Source of the DNA: Malacoraja senta
Lineage: Eukaryota
NCBI GenBank assembly: GCA_038087875.1
Contig: JAXLNO010000269.1
Span: 124,001 to 175,447, forward strand
Direction of reading: 5' to 3'
Length of the DNA: 51,447 nt
This document shows positions 36,941-48,960 of this stretch, one piece after another. The first letter of the stretch is position 1. Each line of letters starts with the position of its first letter. The notes beneath the pieces are model-generated. The model had not been told where the DNA came from. It did not search any database and saw nothing but the letters and a program-made list of their open reading frames with translations. The position numbers and the translations under genes are program-made.

Positions 36941-38825
36941 GTAGCAATAGTTCTTGCTAGTGTAGCAATAGCACCTCCAATCACGCAGGACCCTTTCAGT
37001 ACTACAATGCTCAGAACTTAGCACAATTTGGCTTTTGAATCTCTAACCAGAATGAATGTTGCAACAAAAACTAGATACTTTAATCGTACTTTAAATTAAG
37101 GTGAATGTAAACTTCTATTATGCTGTAGGCTCTCTGTTCAACAACACATATTCCTCTTAAGACACATGGCAGACTAGAACACAATAAACTAAAGCAGCTT
37201 CAAGCCAGCATTTACTACATTCCAGAACCAATTGGTAGACACCATATTATGACCAGCCTTCAAGTCGCAAATATATCACTTTCACCTTCAAGTATCTGAT
37301 TGCGATTATTGAAAGTGAAAATTAAGAAACAGAATCTATTTTTTGCTTTATGCAGCTGGAAGAATGAGCAAGGACAGGAACTCATTAACATTCCATTCAA
37401 CAAGGCACACCTGCATCACACTAGGATGGAGTCCTAGGCCATGGTAGGGAGGTAGACCACCCCAGAGGAGGAAACAGGATCCATTTTAATATGTTCTTAA
37501 ATCAAATTTTGTCCACAAGGCAGAAATTGCACAAAAATCTTTTGAAATGGTAATCATACCGCTACAGTATTTGTAATGAATGGCATCAAACACATACAAG
37601 AAAGAACAATCAACAAACAGAGAGAGAGAGAGCGAGAGAAAAGAGAAAAAAGGAGAATAAAGAGAGGAATGAACACATTTACATATGAAAGGCTTTTTAA
37701 TTTAATATTACAGGAGCTCATTCTTATATACAGCTGTCCATGTGTCAGGTCTTGCATCAAGTACCTTCGCCTTGAAAAAAAATCAGCTATATCACTGTCC
37801 CAAAGCTGAAATTGCATTTTAATAAAAAAGAAACTCGTGCTCAATTGAACACGTTGAATGCAAACAATCTTAACTCAATTCATCCTTTGACCTGCAGCTC
37901 TAATCTAGGTTTTTGCATTAAGTCCCCTTTCCAAAACTATTACATTGACACTACAGGACAGTTACATGAAATGCAGCAAAAATATCTGGCCACTGGAAGA
38001 TCTCTACCTTCCCCATTAAGTTATGTTCATGTCCAGTGCTCCACATTGCAGCCTTTCACCTTCTGATAATTCCTCTAATATGCAAGCAACACTTCAGTTA
38101 ATTATTTCACATCATTTTTAATCTCTATTCCCTCCCCCCACCCCAAACAATTAATATGTTTTAAGTATCACAAATCACAGTTGCAATTGGGAGGTAAGGA
38201 AGTGACCCGAACTGAAATATCACTTATCCATGTTGTCCAGAAATGCAGTTCTGTGTTTTTACATTTTGCGGCAAGCAGCGTCTATTTAGTCTCTACATAT
38301 CAAAAAGAACTCATGGCTGAAACAACAGCCAGGTCCCCTGATGATAATCGTATGATTTACTCAGCAAGTCACAGTGATTGAAGGATAATTATATAGAGTA
38401 TAGAAAGTTTAGCTTGATCATTAAGAGCAATGCATCTCTAGATGGAATTGGGAACCAAAGATCTTAGAGTGGAGCAAGATGGTTCACTCCGCGAAAAAGC
38501 CGTAGTAGGTGATGGGTAATCTTCAGCGCCATTTCTGTAACCGGCTTCCGTCATGGCGTCAAGCTAATTCAGGGAGATTCTGCTTTATCAGGCTGAGAGA
38601 TTAAAGGATACACAAATGCAGCGGCATTTCTGGACAAAAGGAATAGGTGGCATTTCGGGTCGAGACCCGTCTTCAGACTTACAGGGGAAAGAGGAACTCA
38701 AACCATCCTCCTCCCCCCCCCCCCACTTCCCTCCGACACGGAGCGATCGACACCCCCCCCTCCCCCTTTTTTGTTAAACATCCATTTCCTTCGGGTGTTT
38801 TTTTTATTTTTTTATTTCCCCCTTA

Positions 38826-39065
<240 letters not shown>

Positions 39066-39255
39066 TCAGGGGAAAGAGGAACAAGAGATATAGACGGTAC
39101 TAAGGACAAATGAATGGAAGATATGCCTATACCTCCCGTTTCCCTTTCCCTTGACTGTCAGTCTGAAGAAGGGTTTCGACCCGAAATGTCACCTATGCCG
39201 CTCTATGATCGTTGCTTTCGTCCGTCTGTCCGCGCGTACGCTCGCTTTTCACAGC

Positions 39256-39338
39256 ATGTCTGGCAGATCGGTGCGGGCCAAGACCAGGAGCACGGCGAAG
39301 GATGACATCAAACGGGTCATGGAAGCTATCGAAAAAGT
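39256..39338 (+). pseudogene. BCL7A: Captured BCL7A exon 1, copy B (inverted, 3'-truncated)
   Basis: [28 protein letters not shown]; 5 differences from copy A over 83 nt; fused directly to a Penelope repeat. Confidence 0.88.
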
Positions 39339-40909
39339 CGACCCGAAATATCACCTAGTCCTTTTCTCCAGAGATGCTGCCTGATCCGCTGATTTACTCC
39401 AGCCTTTTGTGTCTGTCTTCGGTTTAACCAGCATCTGCAGTTCCTCCCTGCACAAGTTATGTGCCGTTTTTGTGTGTATTAGTGTGTGTCCAGTCAGATT
39501 TGGCTTCCAGTCAGATTAACAATCACGCAAGTTTCCACACACACACTTACTTCAGCAAATAGCGACCAAGGCAGTGCTGACTGTGATGGATAAAATTGAT
39601 GAGGGTTTACTGCATTTAAAAAGAAAATTAAAAAAAACATTTAAAACATTTAAAAACACACCAACTGTTCCCCCGCTACGCTCATTACACTGCGAGAGGC
39701 ATAACTGAAGTCGGGTCGGGTTTACTGAAATGGCGGAAGTTACGCTCCGGTGCGTACTACATGTCAGTCCATTGGATTTCGCAGGAGTGGACCATCTTGC
39801 TCCACTCTAAGATCTTTGTTGGGAACTATCCATTCATTGGCATTTGTGGTGTCATGACATGCAGAATTTTTTAACCGCATCTGATGACGTGAATACCTCC
39901 CAGCCCCAACTTCCACCTTCACATCAGGCTGCAAATAAATAATTATCAGTGCAAACAAAGATCCTCTCTCATAGTCTCGCGCCGTTTGCGAATCAAAAAC
40001 TTGTACGTTGTTATTTACCCTTTGATCACAAACCCAAACCATGATAATTAATGCCCCCATTAAAACTTCTCTAGCCTTCTATTTTCCAAACCAGTCAGTA
40101 AATCTGTTCTGCATTCTCTCTAAATAAACTTTCTTGATGTCATAAAAGTTTAAAGTCAATATAGAAATCAGAAACCTACTTTGGCAAAGAATTGGACTGG
40201 TATTTTAGGCCAAATACTAGATACTTTAATTGGTCTTGTTTCTCTGTATTAGCCCAATTCATGCACGCATTTTTATTACAGCTCTCAGCTAGCCTATCCC
40301 CCACTACTGACACTGTCTCTCTCTCCCCCACTACCACCCCCAATCAATATCCTCTCCTCACATCCACACGTCTCTGGACCAGATGTAGAGGACCTATCGC
40401 ACTGGCCCAACGCACACCAGACCAATTTGCATGATCCAGATGTAGAAAGGCCACAGGCAGTATACCCCCAAAATGCGGTGACAAATTTTGTCAGCTGGTA
40501 AAATTTAACCAACCATGAAAGATATATTAAACTGTTAACATCAATAATGTCTCACTCAAATTACCCATGAAAGACATTACCAATTGGTACAGAATGCAGA
40601 ATAATATTTGCACTTTTGTTCACTCAGATCTTTGGAGTTCCCAAAATTAGTTGCCTATAGCAATGAGAAAGATAATAGTTTCCAGTAAGTTGGCCTGGAC
40701 CTCCATTCAGGTCTTCCAATGCCCAGACCATTCACTCTACATTTAGAATTAATTTGGAATAATGTGAAAACATTCAACATTCAAAGCCTCTGATGTGAGC
40801 AGGTGCTTACATTGTAATTTAGACCATCCCATCTGGGCTCAGTAACCGTCGTGCACTGGTATCTGTACGAGGTACACAAAGACATTTGACACAACTGGTA
40901 TTTGCTTAC

Positions 40910-41017
40910 TTGGACATGTTGTGACACATGCTCGTTGTACTTATCCACATTTTTGAATCCTCGATCACAAGTATCACAGAAGTGCGTGAATATTGGCTCC
41001 CTTTTCTTCTTTTTCTT
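40910..41017 (-). CDS. NUFIP1: NUFIP1 coding exon 3 ([36 protein letters not shown]; basic NLS-like run + C2H2 zinc finger)
   Basis: Matches human [34 protein letters not shown]; aatag| acceptor, CAA|gtaagc donor; 108 nt. Confidence 0.96.
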
Positions 41018-43304
41018 CTATTGGAAAGTACAACAGAAAAACAAGTTAAGCATGCAAGATGGATGATGACAAACCAGAGTTTCTAGGCTCGGTTTCTTCC
41101 CCCCCCCCCCCCCCCCCCCCCACACCACACACAGGTAGAAAATATTTATTGGTTATTGCAAATTAACCAACATTAATATAAGCAAGCAGAATTCTGTTTT
41201 TTCAGTGCGATTTCAAAGTGATGTTGTGCACGGTGTAAAAACATTGCTGGGAGAGGCCAATGATCACACTGTCTTCTACTTTTCTTATTTATTCTTATTT
41301 ATTCAATGTTCAAGTTTGTCTCCCAGCAAATTGCAAAAACACAGCAAACCTCCCCGTTACATTGAAAACAGCTGCTTGCTTGGAACAGTTGGCTCAATCT
41401 AGATGCCTTGGAGTCAAAATGTTCAACCCCTCTTCCAGCACTTCAGCAATACATCAGACCAACACCAAGGAACACGCGAAAACATTCAGCCCCTCTGGTC
41501 CGAGCTGTCATTCAGATCATAAATGATCAAAATATCTTTGGCTAATAAAATGCTATCAGAATAAAAATTAACAATTGACCCCAGTATCAAGTACTATTTG
41601 GGGCTAGAAATACAAAACGTCCACTATCTACTGTGTGGCAAAGTTGTTTCCTAATCACTCTCCAAAGGACAAAAATGCTGGAGAAACTCAGTGGGTGAGG
41701 CAGCATCTATGGAGCGAAGAAATAGACATCGCCTATTTCCTTCGCTCCATAGATGCTGCTGCACCCGCTGAGTTCTCCAGCATTTTTGTCTACCTTCGAT
41801 TTTCCAGCATCTGCAGTTCCTTCTTAACTCTCCAAAGGGGTCTCACTTTTGCACACACTATACCATACAGCCTAAGCTCCCACCAATGAAAGTGTTTCTC
41901 AAGCTTTAATTCCCTATAATACCATAGAAGTCTCATTCCATTCAAGTCTAAATCCAATTTCAGAGGTAAACAACCCAAGTTTCTATAGTTTCTCCTTATA
42001 TTGTATCTTTAATTGTAAACACAATACTCCTCCCACGGCCAATAAATGCACCTTAAGGCCTGGGTTCTGAACTGTTCAGGGCATTCTGGATGGAATCTGA
42101 ACAATGCCCCAGAGCCACAGAAAAATGTTTGTGTCCTATTCCCCTAAATACGAGAGCCAATATTCCACAAGCTTTGATTATTTTCTGTGCACAACCATGA
42201 TATTTTAATGATTTACTTGCACAAATCCATGTTCGTTTTTGGTTTAGTGTTTTAATTTGCCATCTGAAAAATAACTTGCTACCATTTAAAGCCAAAAGTG
42301 AATGACCACACATTTGCTTCCACTAAAATCGATTTGGCCAGTTTTACTCAGTCATTTTGGCCCAAATCTACTCAAATTACTTCCCAGTTTCCCCCGCCTG
42401 TATACCATTGTAGGAAAACTTTGAGAAACAATACTCAAGGAATTTTGGCCAATAGATTTCAAGCCCACTTGTATTGATGAAAGAGAATTGGTTGTTTTTC
42501 AGAATGGATTATGGATTATAGATAATGATGATCCCAAGGACTACGCTGGGACCACTGCTTTGTAAATAGTAATCGTTTGAAAGCACAGGGTGATCTTTCA
42601 AATTAGTAGATGACACAAAGTCTGATACAACATGAATATTGTGGGAGGAGAGTAGACACAAAATGTTGGAGTAACTCAGTGGGACAGGCTGCATCTCTGG
42701 AGAGAAGGAATGGGTGACGTTTCGGGTCGAGACCCTTCTTCAGAGTAATAAATTCCACAAAGAATAGGTAGCCTGACAGAATAGCCATGCAAATGGCAAA
42801 TTAAATTTAATACAAAAGTACTTTGGCAGAAAGGATGCTCAATTCTGGCTAAATGGGACAATTCTCAAAAGAGCATCTGTTCCTGCAGACTGTAAATCCA
42901 AGAAAGTGAAAAGGCACACTGAAAGTAAAACATATACAATCCTGGCAATCATAGGTTTTGGCATACACAAATGTGGAATTTGCACAAAACTGGTCACCAC
43001 ATTGAGGAAGTGGAAGCTTCTGGTGAGGGTGCAGAGAAATTTAGGAAAATGCTTCCTGTGAAATCAGACTAAAGAAGTTGTGATTATTTTGTCTGCTGCA
43101 AAGCAGATTAAAAGACAGTGGAGCACTAGATCATGCCTTGGTTAGGTAGGTTAGGTAGTATTAATCCATTCTCATTCAAAACCAGGTGTAACATTTTGTA
43201 ACATTGGATGAGGAAATCACTTACCACAAAATGAGCTGCCTACCTAAACTAAATATGCTGCAGGAAGTAGCATCTAGAAATCAAATGTGGGACTTTGACA
43301 ATAC

Positions 43305-43402
43305 CTGTTGTTGTTGTCTGGTGTCATATTGATCGGTGTTTGGGGACCAGTGAGCTGATGCTTGCTGGTTCGGCCACCTCTGGCAAAACTGGCCATGGTT
43401 AC
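43305..43402 (-). CDS. NUFIP1: NUFIP1 coding exon 2 (GNHGQFCQRWPNQQ...DTRQQQQ)
   Basis: Polypyrimidine tract + aaccag| acceptor, CAG|gtattg donor; 98 nt converts phase 1 to phase 0, exactly joining exons 1 and 3; sequence itself poorly conserved. Confidence 0.8.
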
Positions 43403-44289
43403 CTGGTTTCATTAAAAACAAAATGGGGAAGAATGGAAAAGACGGTTAGGGCCTACATGAACATTTAACCAAACTCAAGGGAGAGTCATAAAGCGGGAAA
43501 CAGGCCCTTCGGCCCAACTTGCCCACGCAGACCAGCATGCCACATCTACACTAATCCGACCTGCCTGCATTTGGCCCATATCCCTCTAAATCCTATCCCC
43601 GACTGATTATTTAACGAAGTCGGCAGATAGAATTGATTGTGTTCGTAAAGAGCTAAAGTGAACAACATGCTTTTGAGAAATACAATTCAATATATATTGT
43701 GAAGTACATTTAAAAATCTCATAATGGGTATGACCTTCACACTGAAGCAGCCTTGGTATGCCACCAAGTGCACATTTGTACCCAAAACTTCAGTCTGAAG
43801 AAGGGTCTCGGCCCGAAACGTCACCCATACCTTCTCTCCAGAGATGCTGCTTGCCCCGCTGAGTTACTCCAGCTCTTTGTGTCAATCTTCTAGCTATCCT
43901 ATGTACATTCAAATTGAATATCCCCAGAGGCAGTGTGGCTTCATTCCACTGCATGCAAAGCATAATTTTGCAAATTACGATACGATTCAGTAACAAAGCA
44001 ACTGAAAAAAGTTAGGATGGGTTAAGGCTCAAGAGGTGCTTACTTGGTAAAGAAAGTAAAGGTTTCATAATTTCTCTCTCTCTCCCCCCTCCTCCCCTGA
44101 ACCCTGACTGACCTTGCACCAGTAACACCTCCCCCTCCTCCACCTGAATTCCTTCCATGAATTTCACAATGTGCATGTTTTCTATCCTCGAGGTTCAATT
44201 TGCAACTCAGCATCCTTTTGGCTTCACACCTGTCTTTTCATCTTGTCCTTTGTCCAACAATCTGCCTATCAAAAGCCCCTTTGCCTGTG

Positions 44290-44862
44290 TTCAGAACAGG
44301 GATGTAATGCTGAGGTTTTATAAGGTGTTGTCAGACCACAGTTGGGGTACTGTGAGTAATTTTGGGCCCCATATCGGAGAATGTGCTGGCGCTGGAAAGG
44401 GACCAGAGGAGGTTTGTTTACGAGAATGATCCAGGAATGATTGGGTTAACATATGATGAGCGTTTGAAGGCACTGGGCCTGTACTCATTTAGAAGGATGA
44501 GGGGACACCACATTGAAACTTACCGAATAGTGAAAGGCCTGGCTAGAGTGGATATTTCCACTAGTGGGAGAGTCTAGGACCAGAGGTCATAGCCTCAGAA
44601 TAAAAGGACATACCTTTAGGAAAATGAGGCAGAATTTCTTTAGTCAGAAGGTGGCGAGTCTGTGGAATTCATTGCCACAAAAGGCTGTGGAGGCCAAGTC
44701 AATGGATATTTTTACAGCAGAGATTGATAGATTCTTGATTAGTATGGGTGTCAGGGGTTATGGGGAGAAGGCAGGAAAATTGGGTTGAGAGGGAAGGATA
44801 GATCAGCAATGATTGAATGGCAGAATAGATGGGCCAAATGGCATAATTCTGCTCCTATGACA
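44290..44862 (+). mobile_element. CR1 3' fragment
   Basis: GESRTRGHSLRIKG...NFFSQKVASLWNSLPQ; similar to 49900-50487. Confidence 0.85.
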
Positions 44863-44864
44863 TG

Positions 44865-45695
44865 AAAATTAGAGATAGGTTACCCAAGCGAAATGTGTGG
44901 TGTTGTACTTCCAGTTTTTTTGTGGCCTCAAAAAGGTCAGTATGGGAAGGGTGCTAAAGTGGTTAGCAACCAGAAGATCCAGTAAGCCTTGGTGGACTGA
45001 GTGCAAGCGATCAGCAAACCTGCTGCCAAGTCTCCCCTTTCTTGATCTGTTTCCACCACAGGAGGCTTACTAACGACTGACATCTACTACAAATCTACTG
45101 ACTCCCAGTTATCTTGACACTTCCTTCCCACCCTGCCTCTTGCAGACACTGTCCTCTACTCTCAATTCCTACATCTCCACAACAATGGTTCGCAAGATGA
45201 GGCTTTCCTTACAAGGACATCTAAGATGTCTTCATATCAAAAGCCACATCTTGCAAGCAGTGGTCCTCATACTTTAGTGAACATTGCATCCCCCAGAAAT
45301 CATAGATGGACCCCTCATCAACATATTTTCTATGTCCCAGAGTTATACTCTCACTCCCTCTCTCCCCAGACATAGAGTTCTCCTGGTCCTCACTTTTCAC
45401 CCCACCCACCTCCAACCCAACACATCATCCTCCAGCATTTCAGTCACCTCCAAAGTGATTCCACCACTGATCACATCTTCCCATCTCCACCACTTTCCAT
45501 CTTCCACAGGGACCACTCCATCCATAACTCCTTAATTCTCTCATCCTTCCACCACCACCTCTCCAGGTACTTTCCCCTGCTATTGGGGGAAGACAATTAG
45601 TCTGAAGAAGGTCCCGATCCGAAACGTCACATATCCATTTTCTCCAGAGATGCTGCCTGACCTGCTGATTTACTCCAGCATTTTGTGTCTATCTT
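44865..45695. mobile_element. Penelope-like remnant with inverted segments
   Basis: Plus strand ~45070-45580 decayed RT C-terminus (DIYYKSTDS, YSQFLHL, QDEAFLTRTSKMSS); minus strand ~44865-45040 GIY-YIG-region-like piece; terminal repeat 45598-45695. Confidence 0.75.
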
Positions 45696-45790
45696 TACCA
45701 TGAGCAATACCTCGAAAGATCTGGCGCGTATAAAGTGGATTCCCCTCGCTGCAACTTTAACATCATCAACGATGAGGAGAATCATTTTAC

Positions 45791-46013
45791 CCTGAAACTG
45801 GCTGCCGCCGCCGGAGTTGAGCCAGGAAGTGTGACGGTGCCCAGCGACCATACCCCAGGGTGGGCCGAGGTTTAGACCCGCCGCCCTCCCGTCCCAGGCA
45901 GGGGGACACTGCTGTTGAAAAAACGGCGCAGCCGGTGGTGAGAACACCGGAGGTCGCAGCAAGGGAGCCGGCGGGGTGAACACTGGCGGCGGGTAAAATC
46001 CAAACTCGTTCAT
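45791..46013 (-). CDS. NUFIP1: NUFIP1 coding exon 1 (MNEFGFYPPP...SQFQ; proline-rich N-terminus)
   Basis: ATG at 46013 (an in-frame upstream ATG at 46043 is also possible); donor CAGG|gtaaaa; 223 nt, phase 1, in frame with exon 2; head-to-head with GPALPP1 as in human. Confidence 0.85.
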
Positions 46014-46366
46014 CGCTCCAGCAAGCGGGCGGACAATCACCATGTGCCGGCGCTTTCTTTCCACGTTATCCCCCGACCTCCAGCGCGGCCCGAGCTCCCC
46101 CTGGTCGCCGGGGGCGCCCTAGTGGGAGGACCTGACCAGAGTCCATCTTGAAGCAAATGAAGCACAACAGAGTGATCCAGCTTCACTCCCCATCATCTCA
46201 CATTGCGTTCAAGGTGATCTCATTCTGTTTTGAGAAGAAAACGACGCGCAGGATGCGTTCTGTTGGTTGGATTGTAAATGCCTGTGGCGGCTGTTGAGGA
46301 GGAGAGGTCGCCGACGGCGGACGGGGGACGGGGGACGGGGGACGGGGGACGCGGGCTCGGCCCGTC
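46014..46366. promoter_or_regulatory. Bidirectional GC/CpG-rich promoter and 5' UTRs shared by NUFIP1 and GPALPP1
   Basis: Only ~350 bp between divergent ATGs; CpG-rich ~45800-46730 in a CpG-poor window; YY1-like CAAGATGG on minus strand at 46143-46150. Confidence 0.8.
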
Positions 46367-46487
46367 ATGTCTGAGGAGAGCGCGCCGCTGATCGGGCCCG
46401 CGCTGCCGCCCGGCTACAGGTCGCGGGGGCCGCAGGCCGAGGCCGAGCGCCGGCGCCGCCCCAGGCCGACACTTGATAAAACAGTGG
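46367..46487 (+). CDS. GPALPP1: GPALPP1 coding exon 1 (MSEESAPLIGPALPPGYRS...); no further exon recognised in the window
   Basis: LIGPALPPG motif matches human MARDLIGPALPPGF; divergent from NUFIP1; likely donor TGG|gtgggt after 46487 (phase 1), exact donor less certain. Confidence 0.88.
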
Positions 46488-47810
46488 GTGGGTGCACTGC
46501 GATCGCCGGCCCGCTGGAGCCCCTGGGGCCCCCCTCCGGCTGTAGAGAGGAACTAATTGTAGATGCTGCTTCACACCGAAGATCGAGTCGACACAAAATG
46601 CTGGGGTAATTCAGCGGGGGCAGGCAGCATCTCTGGTTGGAAGGAATGGGTGCCCCTCTCCCCCTCCGGCTGCATCCCACCGTTCACTGGCGGTGGGAGG
46701 CTGGCAGCTCACGGGCGGGCGGGCGGCGGGTATCACAATAAATTGTCGAGTCATAGGAGGAGAATCATGCATAAAAGGTTGATTAGAGGTAGGTTCCCAA
46801 GTGCAATCTGAAGGAACGGATCGGGGAGCGAGGTACACAAGTTCAGGGACTTCACAGCTGACCTACAGCAGCCGTCAATGGTGTGATTGCTTATCGTGTA
46901 AACTTATGAAAAGGAAACAGAACGCTGGAGTAACTCAACATCTCTGGAGAAATGGGTGACGTTTCGGTCTGAGGAAGGGTCTCGACACGAAATGTCATCC
47001 ATTTCTCCAGATATGCTGCCTGACCCCCTGGTCAAATCCAATTTAAAAAACTCCCCTTCATTGCTAAAATGTCACTGAATGCAGATTGAATTCCCCACAG
47101 TTCATGGCACCAATTGTGCCATAGAGTCTAAAATCTATGCTATGACATCCATTTAAAGGTACACAGACACTCAACTTTCACCTGCGGTCTCTGACTGAAA
47201 CTAGCAATGGTGGCCAGACTATTATTAGATGGAGCCATATTTGGTATCTTGAGAGCCTCACCATCACAATAGTTAAATTAATTCACTTCACATACTCCAA
47301 CTCCAACCTCAGCATCAGGTCCCCCCAATATCGGCTCCATTGACACTTCACGCTGCCTTGGGAAAGTAACCACCATTATCAAGGATTCTTCACACTTTGG
47401 TAACTCTATTCCCTCCTCTCCTCTCAGACACAAAATTAAAAAAACTTGAATACAAGTACCACCAGATTCTGGGATGGCCTCTTCCTCACTGTTATCAGAC
47501 TCTTGAACATGCTTCTCAAATGCTAAGGATGTGCCCGATCTTCTAATCTTCCTTGTTGTAAACCTGGCACTTTTTAAAATCTGCACTTTCTCTGTAGCTG
47601 CGATATTATATTCTGCACTCTGTTTATTTTATCTTTTGCATTACCTTTTGTACTTGTGTATGATTATGATCTGCCTGGATAATATGCAAAAGTTTTTCTC
47701 TATCTCGATACAGAGACAACATTTAACTAATACTAATACAAATTAATTATATCTGATGATGTAGAAAATTAGCCAGGTATGTTCTTTACTGGACGTTCTT
47801 CTTTACTGGA

Positions 47811-48957
47811 CGTTCTACGCTCGCTTTGATAGGGAGAACATTAATGTGCCTTCCCGAGCCCCATACACCCCGATGGTATTACAGTCACAGAGGCCAACGT
47901 CAAAAGATCCTTCAGGGGGGGTGAACCTTCGGAAAACACCTGGACCTGATGGTATACCCGGTCGAGTTCTCAAAACCTGTGCAGACCAATTTTGCGGACA
48001 TTTTCAGCCTCTCATTATTGAGGTCCGAGGTTCCCACCTGCTTTAAGGGGGCATCAATAATACCGGTGCCCAAGAAGAGTAAGGAGACGTGCCTCAACGA
48101 CTATCGACCAGTGGCACTAATGTCCGTGGTGATTAAGTGTTTTGCGAGGTTGGTTATGGTGCATATCGACTCCTACCTCAACAAGAACCTTGACCCATTA
48201 CAGTTCGCCTACCTTCACAACAGGTCAACGGAGGATGCGATCTCACTGGCTCTCCACTCCGCACTGGACCACTTGGACAATAAAAACACTTATGTCAGGC
48301 TGTTGATTATAGACTACAGATTGGTGTTCAATACCATCATCCCCTCCAAGCACCTCAAGGCTGCATTCTCAGCCCCCTGCTCTATACTCATGACTGTGTA
48401 GCCGGTCATAGTGCAAACTCCATCTTCAAGTTTGCCGACGACACCACCATTGTTGGACGAATTACAGATGGTGATGAGTCAGAGTATAGAAATGAGATAG
48501 ACTGATTGACCAAATGGTGCCAGCACAACATCTGGCTCTCAATGTCAGTAAAAGCAATGAACTGATGGTTGGACTTTGGAAGAGGAAAGATGAGGACCCA
48601 CAATCCTGTTTATATCAACGGGACGATGGTGGAGAGAATCAAAAACTGAAGTTCCTGGGCGTGCATATTTCCGAAGATCTTTCCTGGACCCAGCACATTG
48701 ATGCAATTATAAATAAAGCACATCAACGCCTCTACTTCCTGAGAAGATTATAGAGATTCGGTATGTCAGAGAGAATTCTCTTGAACTTCTACAGGTGTAC
48801 ATTAGAGAGCACATTGACTGGTTGCATCATGGTTTGGTTCGGCAACATGGACACTCAGGAGCGGAAAAGACTGCAAAAAGTTGTGAACACCTGCCCAGTC
48901 CATCATCGGCTCTGACCTCCCACATCGAAGGGATTTATGGTCGCTGCCTCAAAAAGT
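47811..48957 (+). mobile_element. Rex1/Babar-type LINE fragment (decayed)
   Basis: [45 protein letters not shown] in broken frames. Confidence 0.88.
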
Positions 48958-48960
48958 CAA

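Noticed and set aside
45627..46064. 145-aa single ORF as listed in the ORF track
   Set aside because: Starts at GTG and reads through the exon 1 donor at 45790 into intron and repeat; only 46013 (or 46043) to 45791 is supported as coding.
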